Positions 9,340 to 18,574 of a stretch of 64,000 nucleotides of DNA are shown one piece after another; within the stretch, counting starts at the first letter, position 1; every line of letters starts with the position of its first letter. Below the pieces are notes generated by a model. The model ran no database searches and was not told where the DNA came from. It saw only the letters and a program-made list of their open reading frames with translations. The stretch is from positions 1,088,001 to 1,152,000 of the forward strand of contig CAWHAE010000016.1 in the NCBI GenBank assembly GCA_963827235.1, read 5' to 3'. The position numbers were made by a program, and so were the translations under genes. Source of the DNA: an uncultured bacterium (GTDB taxonomy: Bacteria; Chloroflexota; UBA5177; JANWHV01).

Positions 9340-10779
9340 CTACTGCAGGTTGGCCAGATCGATCTTGTACTGCTTGTACTGTGCCACGCACTTCTGCTGG
9401 ATCTGCGCCATCGCCGCCGAGGAGTTCATCTTCCCCTCCCGGACGGCCTGGCACCCAGCGGTAACGGCCGCGTCGACCCGGTCGATGTAGCCGGCGCGAC
9501 CGATATAGTGACAGTTCAACATGGCATTCTGGAACCAGGACGCCGTGCCCACCACGAACTCATTGTTGGTCTTGTTGGCCGGGTGGAAACGCGTCGTGTC
9601 GTGCAGCAGGAAGTCCTTCCAGGCCACGACGTCAACACCGCCGTACGTGAGATCGTACTGGTACTGCCCGGCAGACGTGGCCATCATGCGCAGGAAGGCA
9701 ATCTGCAGATTCGGATGCTGCGGCTTGATGGGACCGACGATACCCCAGCCCTGACCCTCGCCAAACGACTGCGGAGTCTTTCCGTCGATCTTAGGCATTC
9801 CGGCAATCACGTAGTGTAGCCCGTACAGCGCGTTGCCCTCGATCGCCACATCGCCATTGGCCATCGTGACGGCCACGTTACCGTTGAGGGCCTGGCTGAT
9901 CACGGCATCGCTGACATTCCATTCCTTCTCGATGCCCATCTTGACCGGAAGCTCCACGTGGTACTGCATGGCCCGGATACCCGCCTGCGTGTCGAAGTTG
10001 AACTGCTCCTTAATCGGGTCGAAAGGCGTCACGCCCATGGTCAGCATCATGCCGCCAAGAGTTGGCAGATCCCAGCCTTCGCCGGAGAGACCCCACTTCA
10101 CGACTTTGCCGCCCTTGGTCACCTGGAGCGCCTTTGCAAGCGCGTAGAGCTGGTTGTAATCGTCGAAATAGATCTTGCCGTTGGTCGGGGGATAGTCTTT
10201 CTGCAGGCCGAGTTTCTGGACCTGGTCCTCCGGAATGTTGGTGCAGGACCCGAGACCGCCGTCTGCCTCGAGCGGCACACCGTAGATGCCGTCCCCCAGC
10301 GAGAACGGTTGGATCGAGTCACCGGTGAAGGTAGGGGAGATGAGCAGGGTGGTCGTAGGATCCTTGGTGACGGTGATGTGGTTGTAGGCGAAGACCGACG
10401 AACGGATCTCCGTCAGCGCGCCCTGCAGCGCCAACGCGGAGATCAACTGTCCGTTCTGGCAGACGATGTCGGGTTGCGTCCCCGCCGCGATCGCGGCGAT
10501 TTCGTTCGTGTAGCCGTATGGCTGTGGATAGACGGTGATTGTTGAGCCATACATCTTCTTAAAGAGGTCGGCCATCCGGTGATAGGAGGCAACGTGAGGA
10601 GCATAGTTGAGACCCCACATGGTCCCGGTCGGTTCGACGGCACCTGCCCGAACGGAGGGTGCTGCCGCGGCCGCAGTCTTGACGCCTGCCTCGAGGCCGG
10701 TGGTGGCCACAAGTCCAGCTCCAGCCGTCGCTGCAGCAGCCTTGAGGAACTCGCGTCTACTTGCTTTCTTTGCACTCAT
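9340..10779 (-). CDS. Sugar ABC transporter extracellular solute-binding protein, Tat signal
   Basis: MSAKKASRREFLK twin-arginine leader, AIAAGTQPDI and IYGVP SBP-family-1 motifs. Lies upstream of the permease pair, with an AAAGGA RBS before 10779. Confidence 0.9.
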   Translation of the reverse strand: MSAKKASRREFLKAAAATAGAGLVATTGLEAGVKTAAAAAPSVRAGAVEPTGTMWGLNYAPHVASYHRMADLFKKMYGSTITVYPQPYGYTNEIAAIAAGTQPDIVCQNGQLISALALQGALTEIRSSVFAYNHITVTKDPTTTLLISPTFTGDSIQPFSLGDGIYGVPLEADGGLGSCTNIPEDQVQKLGLQKDYPPTNGKIYFDDYNQLYALAKALQVTKGGKVVKWGLSGEGWDLPTLGGMMLTMGVTPFDPIKEQFNFDTQAGIRAMQYHVELPVKMGIEKEWNVSDAVISQALNGNVAVTMANGDVAIEGNALYGLHYVIAGMPKIDGKTPQSFGEGQGWGIVGPIKPQHPNLQIAFLRMMATSAGQYQYDLTYGGVDVVAWKDFLLHDTTRFHPANKTNNEFVVGTASWFQNAMLNCHYIGRAGYIDRVDAAVTAGCQAVREGKMNSSAAMAQIQQKCVAQYKQYKIDLANLQ

Positions 10780-10941
10780 GTTCAATGATTCCTTTGCTGA
10801 CCGAAGCTCATACATTGAACCACTATCCTTCCAGACCTCACCGTCGTCCAGGATACGAACCGGTCCTTCTGCTACCTCCTTTTCCTTCCACTTTCTCCGG
10901 CGTTGCCCGTGGTAATCCGCGCCGGTCGCTTAAGTGTTAAC

Positions 10942-10970
10942 AGCATACGTTTCGCTACCGTTTATGTCAA
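10942..10970 (-). promoter_or_regulatory. Sigma70-type promoter for SBP operon
   Basis: Minus strand TTGACA-N17-TATGCT. Confidence 0.65.
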
Positions 10971-11061
10971 AATGACTGCCGGCCACGGCGGAGGCGCCGC
11001 GCGAGTTGGACGCGCACAGCCTATCAGATACAACGCTCAGCCCGACGAGCCCACCGTAGCA

Positions 11062-11083
11062 CGTTGACTGTCTATTGTCAACA
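11062..11083. promoter_or_regulatory. Candidate operator CGTTGACTGTCTATTGTCAACA
   Basis: GTTGAC-N8-GTCAAC inverted repeat. Its reverse complement matches 3886-3907 at 18/22. Confidence 0.55.
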
Positions 11084-11412
11084 TGAGTGGGCGCAACGCA
11101 CATTCAGGGATGGCAGACCGGGACGGGCGGCGCGAGGGCTTTCCCGTATGCAAGGGGAAGCGCCTGAACCGGCTTCATCGCGGCGCCTGAGGGGACAGCA
11201 TCGCGCTTGTCAGTACGCTCGTTTGCTCCTCACGACCACTACTCAAGTCCTTACCGCTCAGTAGCAGTGTCGCCACCTCATCGACAAGCAGTCACGGCAC
11301 GCATATCGCCAATGAGTCGCCACCGTAGGCGCATGATAACGGCATGCCGACGGCGAGTGGACCGTCGGGTGCTGTCGAAGGTCGCGCATGACTCGGCGTC
11401 ATACGCCAGCGC

Positions 11413-12267
11413 TTACCCGTGTATGCTCGCCAGCCCAATACCACGTATGAAGTACTTCACGGTAACGGCAGTGATCACCAAAGCCGGCAATGTCGTCAAG
11501 ATGACAACTGCCGCAACGATCGGGGTCGACGCTCCGAGGCCGCTCGCCAGCAGCACCGGCAGCGTCCAGTGCGGCGGCCGGTTCAAGAGAAGCGCAGGTA
11601 GCAGGAAGTTATCCCAGCTCTGCATGAAGGTATACACCGCCAGCACGGTGAGGGCCGAGGTGCAGAGCGGCGCCATGACCTGAGCCACTATCCGCACTTC
11701 CGACGCTCCATCGATGCGCGCCGCGTCGAGCAGCTCGGAGGGGATGCCCTCCATGAACTGGCGCACAGTGAATATGCCGAAAGGCGACCACAACCCGGCC
11801 AGGATGAGACCGCCAATGCTATCGTCGAATCCAATGTGGGAGAGCGTAACGTAGACAGGGAGAAGCACAACACTGAAAGGCACCATGAGTGCCGCGATGA
11901 GCACCGTGAAGAGCTGATCTCTGCCCCAAAAGCGATACTTCGCGAGCACGAAGCCCACGAGCAGGGACGTTACGACCGCCGAAGCCGTGACACTGGTCGC
12001 CACGATGACACTGTTGCGGTAGCTGGTCAAGAACGGCCCGTAATCCATCACCTGGTTGTAGTTGCGTGTAGTCCAGGCTACGGTGCCTGACTGAGACTGG
12101 AGCGATTGAGCCATGGTCCAGGCAAAGGGAGCAAGCGCGACGAATGAGAAAGCCAGGAGCAGCACGTGAGGCAGGGCGTTGGGAAGCAACCTGCGCCACG
12201 ACGCGGGCCCTGCAGTCACCGCGCGCGGTGCCGCACGGCGACTGCTCGACAAAGCGGTTCTTGGCAT
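11413..12267 (-). CDS. Carbohydrate ABC transporter permease (MalG-like)
   Basis: ELLDAARIDGASE and WDNFLLP. The true start is likely MPRTALSS at 12267, since the longer ORF overlaps the upstream permease. Confidence 0.9.
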   Translation of the reverse strand: MPRTALSSSRRAAPRAVTAGPASWRRLLPNALPHVLLLAFSFVALAPFAWTMAQSLQSQSGTVAWTTRNYNQVMDYGPFLTSYRNSVIVATSVTASAVVTSLLVGFVLAKYRFWGRDQLFTVLIAALMVPFSVVLLPVYVTLSHIGFDDSIGGLILAGLWSPFGIFTVRQFMEGIPSELLDAARIDGASEVRIVAQVMAPLCTSALTVLAVYTFMQSWDNFLLPALLLNRPPHWTLPVLLASGLGASTPIVAAVVILTTLPALVITAVTVKYFIRGIGLASIHG

Positions 12268-12290
12268 GCGTCGCACCTTCCCGTCAGGCC

Positions 12291-13328
12291 TCAATACGAC
12301 CACCTTGGTCGCAGCACGCGCAGCAGCACGATACTGGCGATCAAGATCACGGCGAATTCCAGCACGGCGCCCGCGGATGCCGGACCAAGAGCCGTAAAAA
12401 GGCCGCCGAATGCCTGTTTGTAGAGTGCCAGGTTCAGGAGCACCAGCGCGTTGTTTGGCCCATAGTCCACGGGCTGCTCGTTGCCGCCAAGGGTCAGCTG
12501 CTGCGAGCCGCCGGCGAGTGTATACGGCAACGCATATTCCTGCATCGAGTTGACCAACAGCAATACGACCGCCAGGGTCAGCACGGGTCGCAGCAGCGGC
12601 AAGGTAACGAGCCAGAACCTTGTCCATGCGTCCGCACCGTCGACCCGCGCAGCATCGACTACATCCTTCGGAATATTGAGTATGCCGGCGGTCAAGATGA
12701 TGACATAGAAGCCCATCCAGCGCCAGGCGCCGATGGCGGCTGCCAGGGGCAACGCCACGATAGGATCCTGCAGCCACTGCGAGGTAGGCAGCCCGATGGC
12801 ACTCAACGCCCCGTTGATTGGGCCTGTCGTCGGATCGAACAGTTTGCCCATCATCAAGGCAACGGCGACCATAGGCGTCACGACTGGCACTAGCACGGCG
12901 ATCTGGTAGAACGTGCGCCCGCGACCGACACGAGCCAGAGACACGGCGAGCAGCAAGCCGAGCGGCAGCACAAAAAGGAACTGCAGCAGCGTCCAGATGA
13001 GGCTGTGCAGCGTCCCGGGCCAGAACTGCGGATTATACAACGGGTCGAATAGGTGCTGGAAGTGGAGAAAGCCAGTGAACTGGCTGGACTGGAAGACAGA
13101 GAACCACGACGATATGTCGGCGATGTTCACGTGGAAGAGTGAAAACCAGAACGCCTCGACGATTGGCCCGACCTCCAGCACCACATACCACAGCAAGGTG
13201 GGCACCAGGACAACGGCGCCCAGCCACAACCGCGGGTTGTGCACGACCCGGCGCACGACCACCCGCCAGATTCCGGCGCGGCCTACCGTCTGCCTACCAG
13301 AAAGCGGGCGGGTCGAATGATGCCGCAT
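12291..13328 (-). CDS. Carbohydrate ABC transporter permease (MalF-like)
   Basis: DVVDAARVDGADAWTRFWLVTLPLL and multiple TM helices. Confidence 0.92.
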   Translation of the reverse strand: MRHHSTRPLSGRQTVGRAGIWRVVVRRVVHNPRLWLGAVVLVPTLLWYVVLEVGPIVEAFWFSLFHVNIADISSWFSVFQSSQFTGFLHFQHLFDPLYNPQFWPGTLHSLIWTLLQFLFVLPLGLLLAVSLARVGRGRTFYQIAVLVPVVTPMVAVALMMGKLFDPTTGPINGALSAIGLPTSQWLQDPIVALPLAAAIGAWRWMGFYVIILTAGILNIPKDVVDAARVDGADAWTRFWLVTLPLLRPVLTLAVVLLLVNSMQEYALPYTLAGGSQQLTLGGNEQPVDYGPNNALVLLNLALYKQAFGGLFTALGPASAGAVLEFAVILIASIVLLRVLRPRWSY

Positions 13329-13604
13329 GGTTGATCCTCGTGGTCGCTCAAGAGACTGCCGCCGGTTCCCGGTCGTCTGTGCCCGGTCGTTGCTTCAAGC
13401 GTGGCTGTGGGCTCGGCGGTGTGGGGTGGGCATCGGAAGAGTGCGAACGCCCCATCAGGCAGGCCGGCTGGGGAGGACGCCCTCGAACGGTGTCAGGCGA
13501 TATGATGTCGATACTACAGGTCACTCGGCCACAATTCCAGGTGCATGATACAATGGCCGCCCATTTAGTCAACAGTTTACAATACGGCACAGGGGGACCC
13601 ACCC

Positions 13605-14204
13605 ATGCGCTTGAGGGTTCTGGTCTGGTGGATGCTAGCGATGCTCGGATGTGGTGCTCTGGTGCTGTCGCCGGAGCTTCCCTGGACGACGACACCGAGC
13701 ATTGGCTCCGCCATCGCTATCAACGGCTTCAACAGCGCCAGCTACATCTCGGGCTCCGGAAGTCTGGTGGCGCAGCTAGGATCCCTGGGCAGCGGCCAGC
13801 AGGATCTGGCCTCGGAGCTGAGCTCCTTAGGCGGCGATTCCTCCGGTGTCATAGTCATTCCGAGCCTGAACAGCATCCCGGCTGATCTTGGAGGGTCGGA
13901 CGCCGAAGCCAGATGGGGCATCTTCGTGTTGGTGCTGGGTGCCGTGGCGCTATTCACCGCGGTCTGGCTGCCTTGGGGCGAGATCGACCGTCGCCGAAGC
14001 ATGGCGCGCGTGGTCGCCGTGTCTGCCGGTCTGGCCCTCGTGCCCCTCGGGCACGAGCTATCCAGGGCGGGCCTTACGTTTGCCAGCTCGTCGAGCGACA
14101 GCACCGGCATCGGCATCTACGTTGGCCTCGCGGGATCGCTTGTCGCCGCGTGCGCCGGCGTCTTTCTCTTCTTGACCTGGCGTGCCGGGGGACTGCAGCG
14201 CTAG
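13605..14204 (+). CDS. Hypothetical membrane protein (about 4 TM)
   Basis: GGGGGA RBS, hydrophobic segments, LPW near the N-terminus and GIGIYVGLAG near the C-terminus. Confidence 0.7.
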   Translation: MRLRVLVWWMLAMLGCGALVLSPELPWTTTPSIGSAIAINGFNSASYISGSGSLVAQLGSLGSGQQDLASELSSLGGDSSGVIVIPSLNSIPADLGGSDAEARWGIFVLVLGAVALFTAVWLPWGEIDRRRSMARVVAVSAGLALVPLGHELSRAGLTFASSSSDSTGIGIYVGLAGSLVAACAGVFLFLTWRAGGLQR

Positions 14205-14222
14205 CGGGATTGACGAGCAACG

Positions 14223-14462
14223 ATGCAACAAGAGGGACAGACGCTGGGAGTATCCCCGGAGCATGACACGAGGCATCGCTATCGCTGCAATGAGTGCCGG
14301 CGGGCGTTCACGGTCACATCCCATTCCTCGTATGAAGGCGGCGTGCGCTGCCCTGGATGCCTGGGCGACGATGTCACGTACCGGTTGAGCCGGTGCGACC
14401 GTCTGATGCGCTTCCTTATGCTCTATGAGGCAGCTTGTGGTCTCGGCGCGGGAATGCGCTAG
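14223..14462 (+). CDS. FmdB-like zinc-ribbon protein
   Basis: YRCNECRRAF...RCPGCLGDDV..RLS (two CxxC motifs in FmdB-like spacing). Confidence 0.6.
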   Translation: MQQEGQTLGVSPEHDTRHRYRCNECRRAFTVTSHSSYEGGVRCPGCLGDDVTYRLSRCDRLMRFLMLYEAACGLGAGMR

Positions 14463-14635
14463 GTTGACAGCCGAGCCTGATCTCGCTCGCAAGGCGATGG
14501 AGATCGCTCCAACTGAGCCGGATGGAGTCGAGCGTGCGATGAACGAGCGCTATGACGTGGTGGTGCCGCGGTGGCTGGGCGCTGGACTTCTTCCTCTGCC
14601 GCCTCACGCATGAGCACGAAGACGTGGCTAACTGA

Positions 14636-15724
14636 ATGACTGGAGACCTGCGCGTGGCGAACCTGACGCTTGAGCTCGAGCTCGCTCCACTTGGAACACC
14701 TCGCTACGACCAGCGTGCCGCTGCGCTGCCGAAGGCCGACCTACACGTCCATCAGGAAGAAACAGCACGGCTTGATCGCATCCTGGCCCGCGGCCACGGC
14801 AGGGTCCCCCCTGATTGGCGAGGCTGGGCGCAGCACGTCCGTGCCAGCACGCCGGCGGGCTACGGGCGCCTGGCAGACATCTATGCAGCCGACGCGCTGC
14901 TGGCGCTAGACGGTATACGCGGAGATGATCCGGAGCACGTCATAGCGAAGATGGCCGATGTGCTCGAAGAGGGCGCGGCCGATGGAGCAGTGCTCATGGA
15001 AGTTCGCTTTGGTGCAACCGGGCAGGCACTTCTCCGCCCCGACTTCATGTCGCTTTTTCGGGAAGCGGAGCGTCGGGCACGGGCACGGTATCCCCGTCTG
15101 CGGGCTGAGGCCATTGCCCTGCTCCACCTGGTTCATCAACCCGAGTCACTTCACCTCCTGGAGCATCAGTACTCCGGCTGTTCGCAGGCAGCGACGCAGG
15201 GGCTTGCTGGGCTGGACTTCATTGTTGAACCGTACGACACAGAGGCTGACCCCATGCTATGGGACATCGTGTATCGCTATGCCGAACGCGCCGTGGGGAT
15301 AGGCCTGGGCATTACCGTGCATGCCGGCGAGTTCTCCACGGCGAACCTTGCGGCGGCGCTTCGCGTTCCCGGCCTTGGTCGGATTGGACACGCCGTCTAC
15401 GCGGCGCACGACCAGCAACTCTTGGATCAGTTGGCGCTGAGCCGCGCTACGGTCGAATGCTCGCTGACCTGCAATGTCATGCTTGGTGCAGTGCCATCGT
15501 ATGAGGCGCACCCTATCAGGAGGTTCGTGGCTTACGGCATCCCGGTCACCCTCAATACTGATCTGCCTGTCCACACTGGTACAACCATTGGACGGGAGTA
15601 TGCCGTCGCTGCAGCTCTAGGATTCTCCGAGGTCGAGCTCGCCGCTTTCACGCGCAATGCCGTCAATGCATCGTTTGCCCCAACTGACCGTCGCGTTGCT
15701 CTGCTTCAGGAGCTTCAGTCGTAG
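14636..15724 (+). CDS. Adenosine deaminase family amidohydrolase
   Basis: LPKADLHVH, VHAGE, RIGHA, LNTD motifs. Confidence 0.88.
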   Translation: MTGDLRVANLTLELELAPLGTPRYDQRAAALPKADLHVHQEETARLDRILARGHGRVPPDWRGWAQHVRASTPAGYGRLADIYAADALLALDGIRGDDPEHVIAKMADVLEEGAADGAVLMEVRFGATGQALLRPDFMSLFREAERRARARYPRLRAEAIALLHLVHQPESLHLLEHQYSGCSQAATQGLAGLDFIVEPYDTEADPMLWDIVYRYAERAVGIGLGITVHAGEFSTANLAAALRVPGLGRIGHAVYAAHDQQLLDQLALSRATVECSLTCNVMLGAVPSYEAHPIRRFVAYGIPVTLNTDLPVHTGTTIGREYAVAAALGFSEVELAAFTRNAVNASFAPTDRRVALLQELQS

Positions 15725-16031
15725 AGGATGCGGTTAGCACCTCCCGACCGGATTCGACGCTAGGCACGGTCTTGTCCGACGTCGCGATGGTTGACGCACG
15801 TCATACTGGCACCGAATCCCGCACTACCTCGCTGGATCCTGGTGGGGACAGCCCGCGCGGAGCGGCAGGCTTCGCAATGCGCTCAAACCCGATCACCTTT
15901 CTCCGAACGAGACCGAGGAAGTGGCAAGCTCGCGGCCGCAAACGCCGCATGCTATACATGGAGATCACCGTCGGGAGACCTCAGCCAAGGATAGGTGCGT
16001 AAAGGCTACGCGCACCGTTCGGCGATGCTCG

Positions 16032-18245
16032 TCAGAGATTCGTCACCCGCTTGTAGGCGACGGTGGCAGCACTGGGCGACGATGCAAGTCGCAAGGCCAA
16101 ACCGGCTGTCATCAATCCATGGCCAGACGCGTAGGCGCGGCGAGAGGAGTCGAAGTTCCTGAGCTCGTACCGTGCGCCGGTGTCCAGTCCGCGCAGCTTG
16201 AGACGCATCGTCTCGACCGTGCTCGTGTCTCGCCGAAACGCCTGCACGACTCCTGTGCCCGCCTCCGGGCGGTTGAATTGCCACGCCATCCAGACATCGG
16301 TGCCTATGCTGTACGGCGTCAACGGATAATAGTCTCCAAGCAGATCGCCGGCAAAGACCTGCCACTCGCGCATGGATGCAAGCGCCCGCCCGATCGCTGC
16401 GTCCTGTCCTCCGGTGACTTCCAACAGGACCATGAAGCTCGGCAGCATGCCGCTCCGCAAGGTGTACAAATCGTCGGGCTCCGCGCCGCTGCCGAAGGCT
16501 ACGCCGCTGCCGTAGTACGGGTGCCACAAAGCCATGCCGTAGGTGTGGCACTGTTCGTCCAGCGCCGCGCCATTGTCGTCGCTTCGCCACAACGGCACCG
16601 CTCGGCGCACTGTTTCCAGGTCGTTTCGGCGCCCGCCCGAAGCGCAGCAATCGATCAGCAGGTCGGGATGTCGCCGCCGGAGCTCATCCCAGAACGCCAG
16701 CAAGCCTGTAACGTGCCTGGCCTGCGTGATGCCGGTTCGTCCCGGTGGGTCACCCATGTTCCAGTACGCCAGGGGATCCATGTTGAAGTCCTGCCGGAAT
16801 ACGTCCACGCCTTGCCGGCTCACGAACTGGTCGAAATGATCGACCACCCACTGCCATGCCTGTGGATGACCGAGATTGAGCAGGCGGTCGTCGCCATCCG
16901 GACCGGGACCGAGCAGCCATTCGGGATGCTGCGTGAACAGCCAGGTGCCCGGCCGAACCCGTTCGGGCTCGGTCCAGACGATGCTCTTCATGGCCTGGGC
17001 GCGGGCGCGATCGGTCACCGGTTTCAGCCCATGCGGGTACCGCTTGGGATCGGGCTCCCAGGTACCCGTCCACGTCCAGTCCGTGGCGTCCGGTGGAACC
17101 TCGTACCAGCCTGCGTCGATCCACCAATGATCGACTACGCCTCCCCTGGCGCGAGCAAGATGATCGGCCGCATCGGCAGCAAGGATCTCGATGTCGCTGT
17201 CAGCGCTGGTACCCAGCATAGCCGGACCGTAGGCCGTGCTCTGGGTTGGACACATCGGCGAAGGCAACTGCCCGCCAGGCCTCGGCATGTTATGCACGAG
17301 CATCCATCGCCGCCAGATGTTCTGCGATGCGATCCAGTCGGGACCGTCCCAGAACTGCACTACTATTCTAGGAGTGCGAATCTCTTCTCCAGGCAACAGC
17401 GACAGGTCCAGCAGCCCGGCATCGGCGACGCGGTCGCCTGACTGGAGCAATCCGCCATCGCGCGTGCTCATGCCGGCACGCAGCTGCAAAGACGATCCGG
17501 TATCACGCGAGATCTCGGCAGCCCACTGGCCTGGCCAGCCGATCACGACGACGACGCCCTTCCCGCCCCAGTCGACGTTGTAGTACGGTGAGCCGGCCCG
17601 GGAGAGACCCGCCTCCGGCCTGAAATTGCCATTGGTGGAGCGACCACCCATGCAGGTGAACAGCGCGAACGAGCCAGCGGCAAGATCGATCTCCTGCGGG
17701 CCATAATCCTGGGTGACGGCTGCACTGCCGTTGCACGTGTGCACGATCAGCCGGGCGCCCGGAGTGGACTGCATGGAGGTGTCGAGTGCAAGCACAGCCT
17801 GCAGCGGCAAGGAGCTCCTTGTGTCCGCGTTCTTGAAATATACCGTCCATTCGACCGTGGGGAAGTCGTGATACCCGACCGCCTCGCAGCGCACCGCAAG
17901 ACCACCACGCGGATCTGACCAGGTGATCGAGTGCCGCATCTGATTGGCATCGATCGGTATCGGCGTGTGAGTGTGTGTCCATCGGGAGAGCAGTGACGAC
18001 GACGCCATACCGCCATAGACGAATGAGAACGGAGGCTGGCGAGTGAACAGACCCAGGAAGGCGGCCGCGCGTTGCCCGGCGGTCTCATTGCGTCCGCTCG
18101 CGGTGGTCGCGTCTGTTTGGTCCACCGATCTCTCACCGCCCAGTGCGGCAAGTCCGGTCACTAGGCCTGCCGCGCCCACGAAGCGCCGGCGCGTCACGCG
18201 CACTCCGCCGCGCGCAGACCGCGCGCTCGGGTCCCCTTCAGGCAT
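16032..18245 (-). CDS. GH36-like glycosidase with Tat signal
   Basis: TRRRFVGAAG leader, WWIDAGWY, WTEPERV, FRQDFN, IDCCASGGRRNDL, WRSD. Clear paralog of 1559-3733. Start uncertain (about 18200-18254). Confidence 0.85.
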   Translation of the reverse strand: MPEGDPSARSARGGVRVTRRRFVGAAGLVTGLAALGGERSVDQTDATTASGRNETAGQRAAAFLGLFTRQPPFSFVYGGMASSSLLSRWTHTHTPIPIDANQMRHSITWSDPRGGLAVRCEAVGYHDFPTVEWTVYFKNADTRSSLPLQAVLALDTSMQSTPGARLIVHTCNGSAAVTQDYGPQEIDLAAGSFALFTCMGGRSTNGNFRPEAGLSRAGSPYYNVDWGGKGVVVVIGWPGQWAAEISRDTGSSLQLRAGMSTRDGGLLQSGDRVADAGLLDLSLLPGEEIRTPRIVVQFWDGPDWIASQNIWRRWMLVHNMPRPGGQLPSPMCPTQSTAYGPAMLGTSADSDIEILAADAADHLARARGGVVDHWWIDAGWYEVPPDATDWTWTGTWEPDPKRYPHGLKPVTDRARAQAMKSIVWTEPERVRPGTWLFTQHPEWLLGPGPDGDDRLLNLGHPQAWQWVVDHFDQFVSRQGVDVFRQDFNMDPLAYWNMGDPPGRTGITQARHVTGLLAFWDELRRRHPDLLIDCCASGGRRNDLETVRRAVPLWRSDDNGAALDEQCHTYGMALWHPYYGSGVAFGSGAEPDDLYTLRSGMLPSFMVLLEVTGGQDAAIGRALASMREWQVFAGDLLGDYYPLTPYSIGTDVWMAWQFNRPEAGTGVVQAFRRDTSTVETMRLKLRGLDTGARYELRNFDSSRRAYASGHGLMTAGLALRLASSPSAATVAYKRVTNL

Positions 18246-18574
18246 GAATCCCATCTCCGCAGCCGCCTTCCTCACACCAGCACGTCCTGTCCGCGGTAAA
18301 CCAAGGTCACGGCCGTGATGCATCGGTCGCTGGCGGGGCTTTCTCGAGTTCGGCAGTGGCTACCGGCCCTCGGCACAGTCTGGATTCGCCATGCCGCCGG
18401 TCACCTGGCGACGTTCAACAGTATACAATGGCCATGGAATCGGCTCTTCGGGCGGCGTGCCGGCGGGAGTCTTCCGGCCACCTTTCTATGCGAGGCGGCT
18501 GCCTTGCTCGGTTTCCAGTCGTCATGATGCAGTGGCCGTGTCGCCGGCCACAGATCGGGAGAGGAGACACGAAC

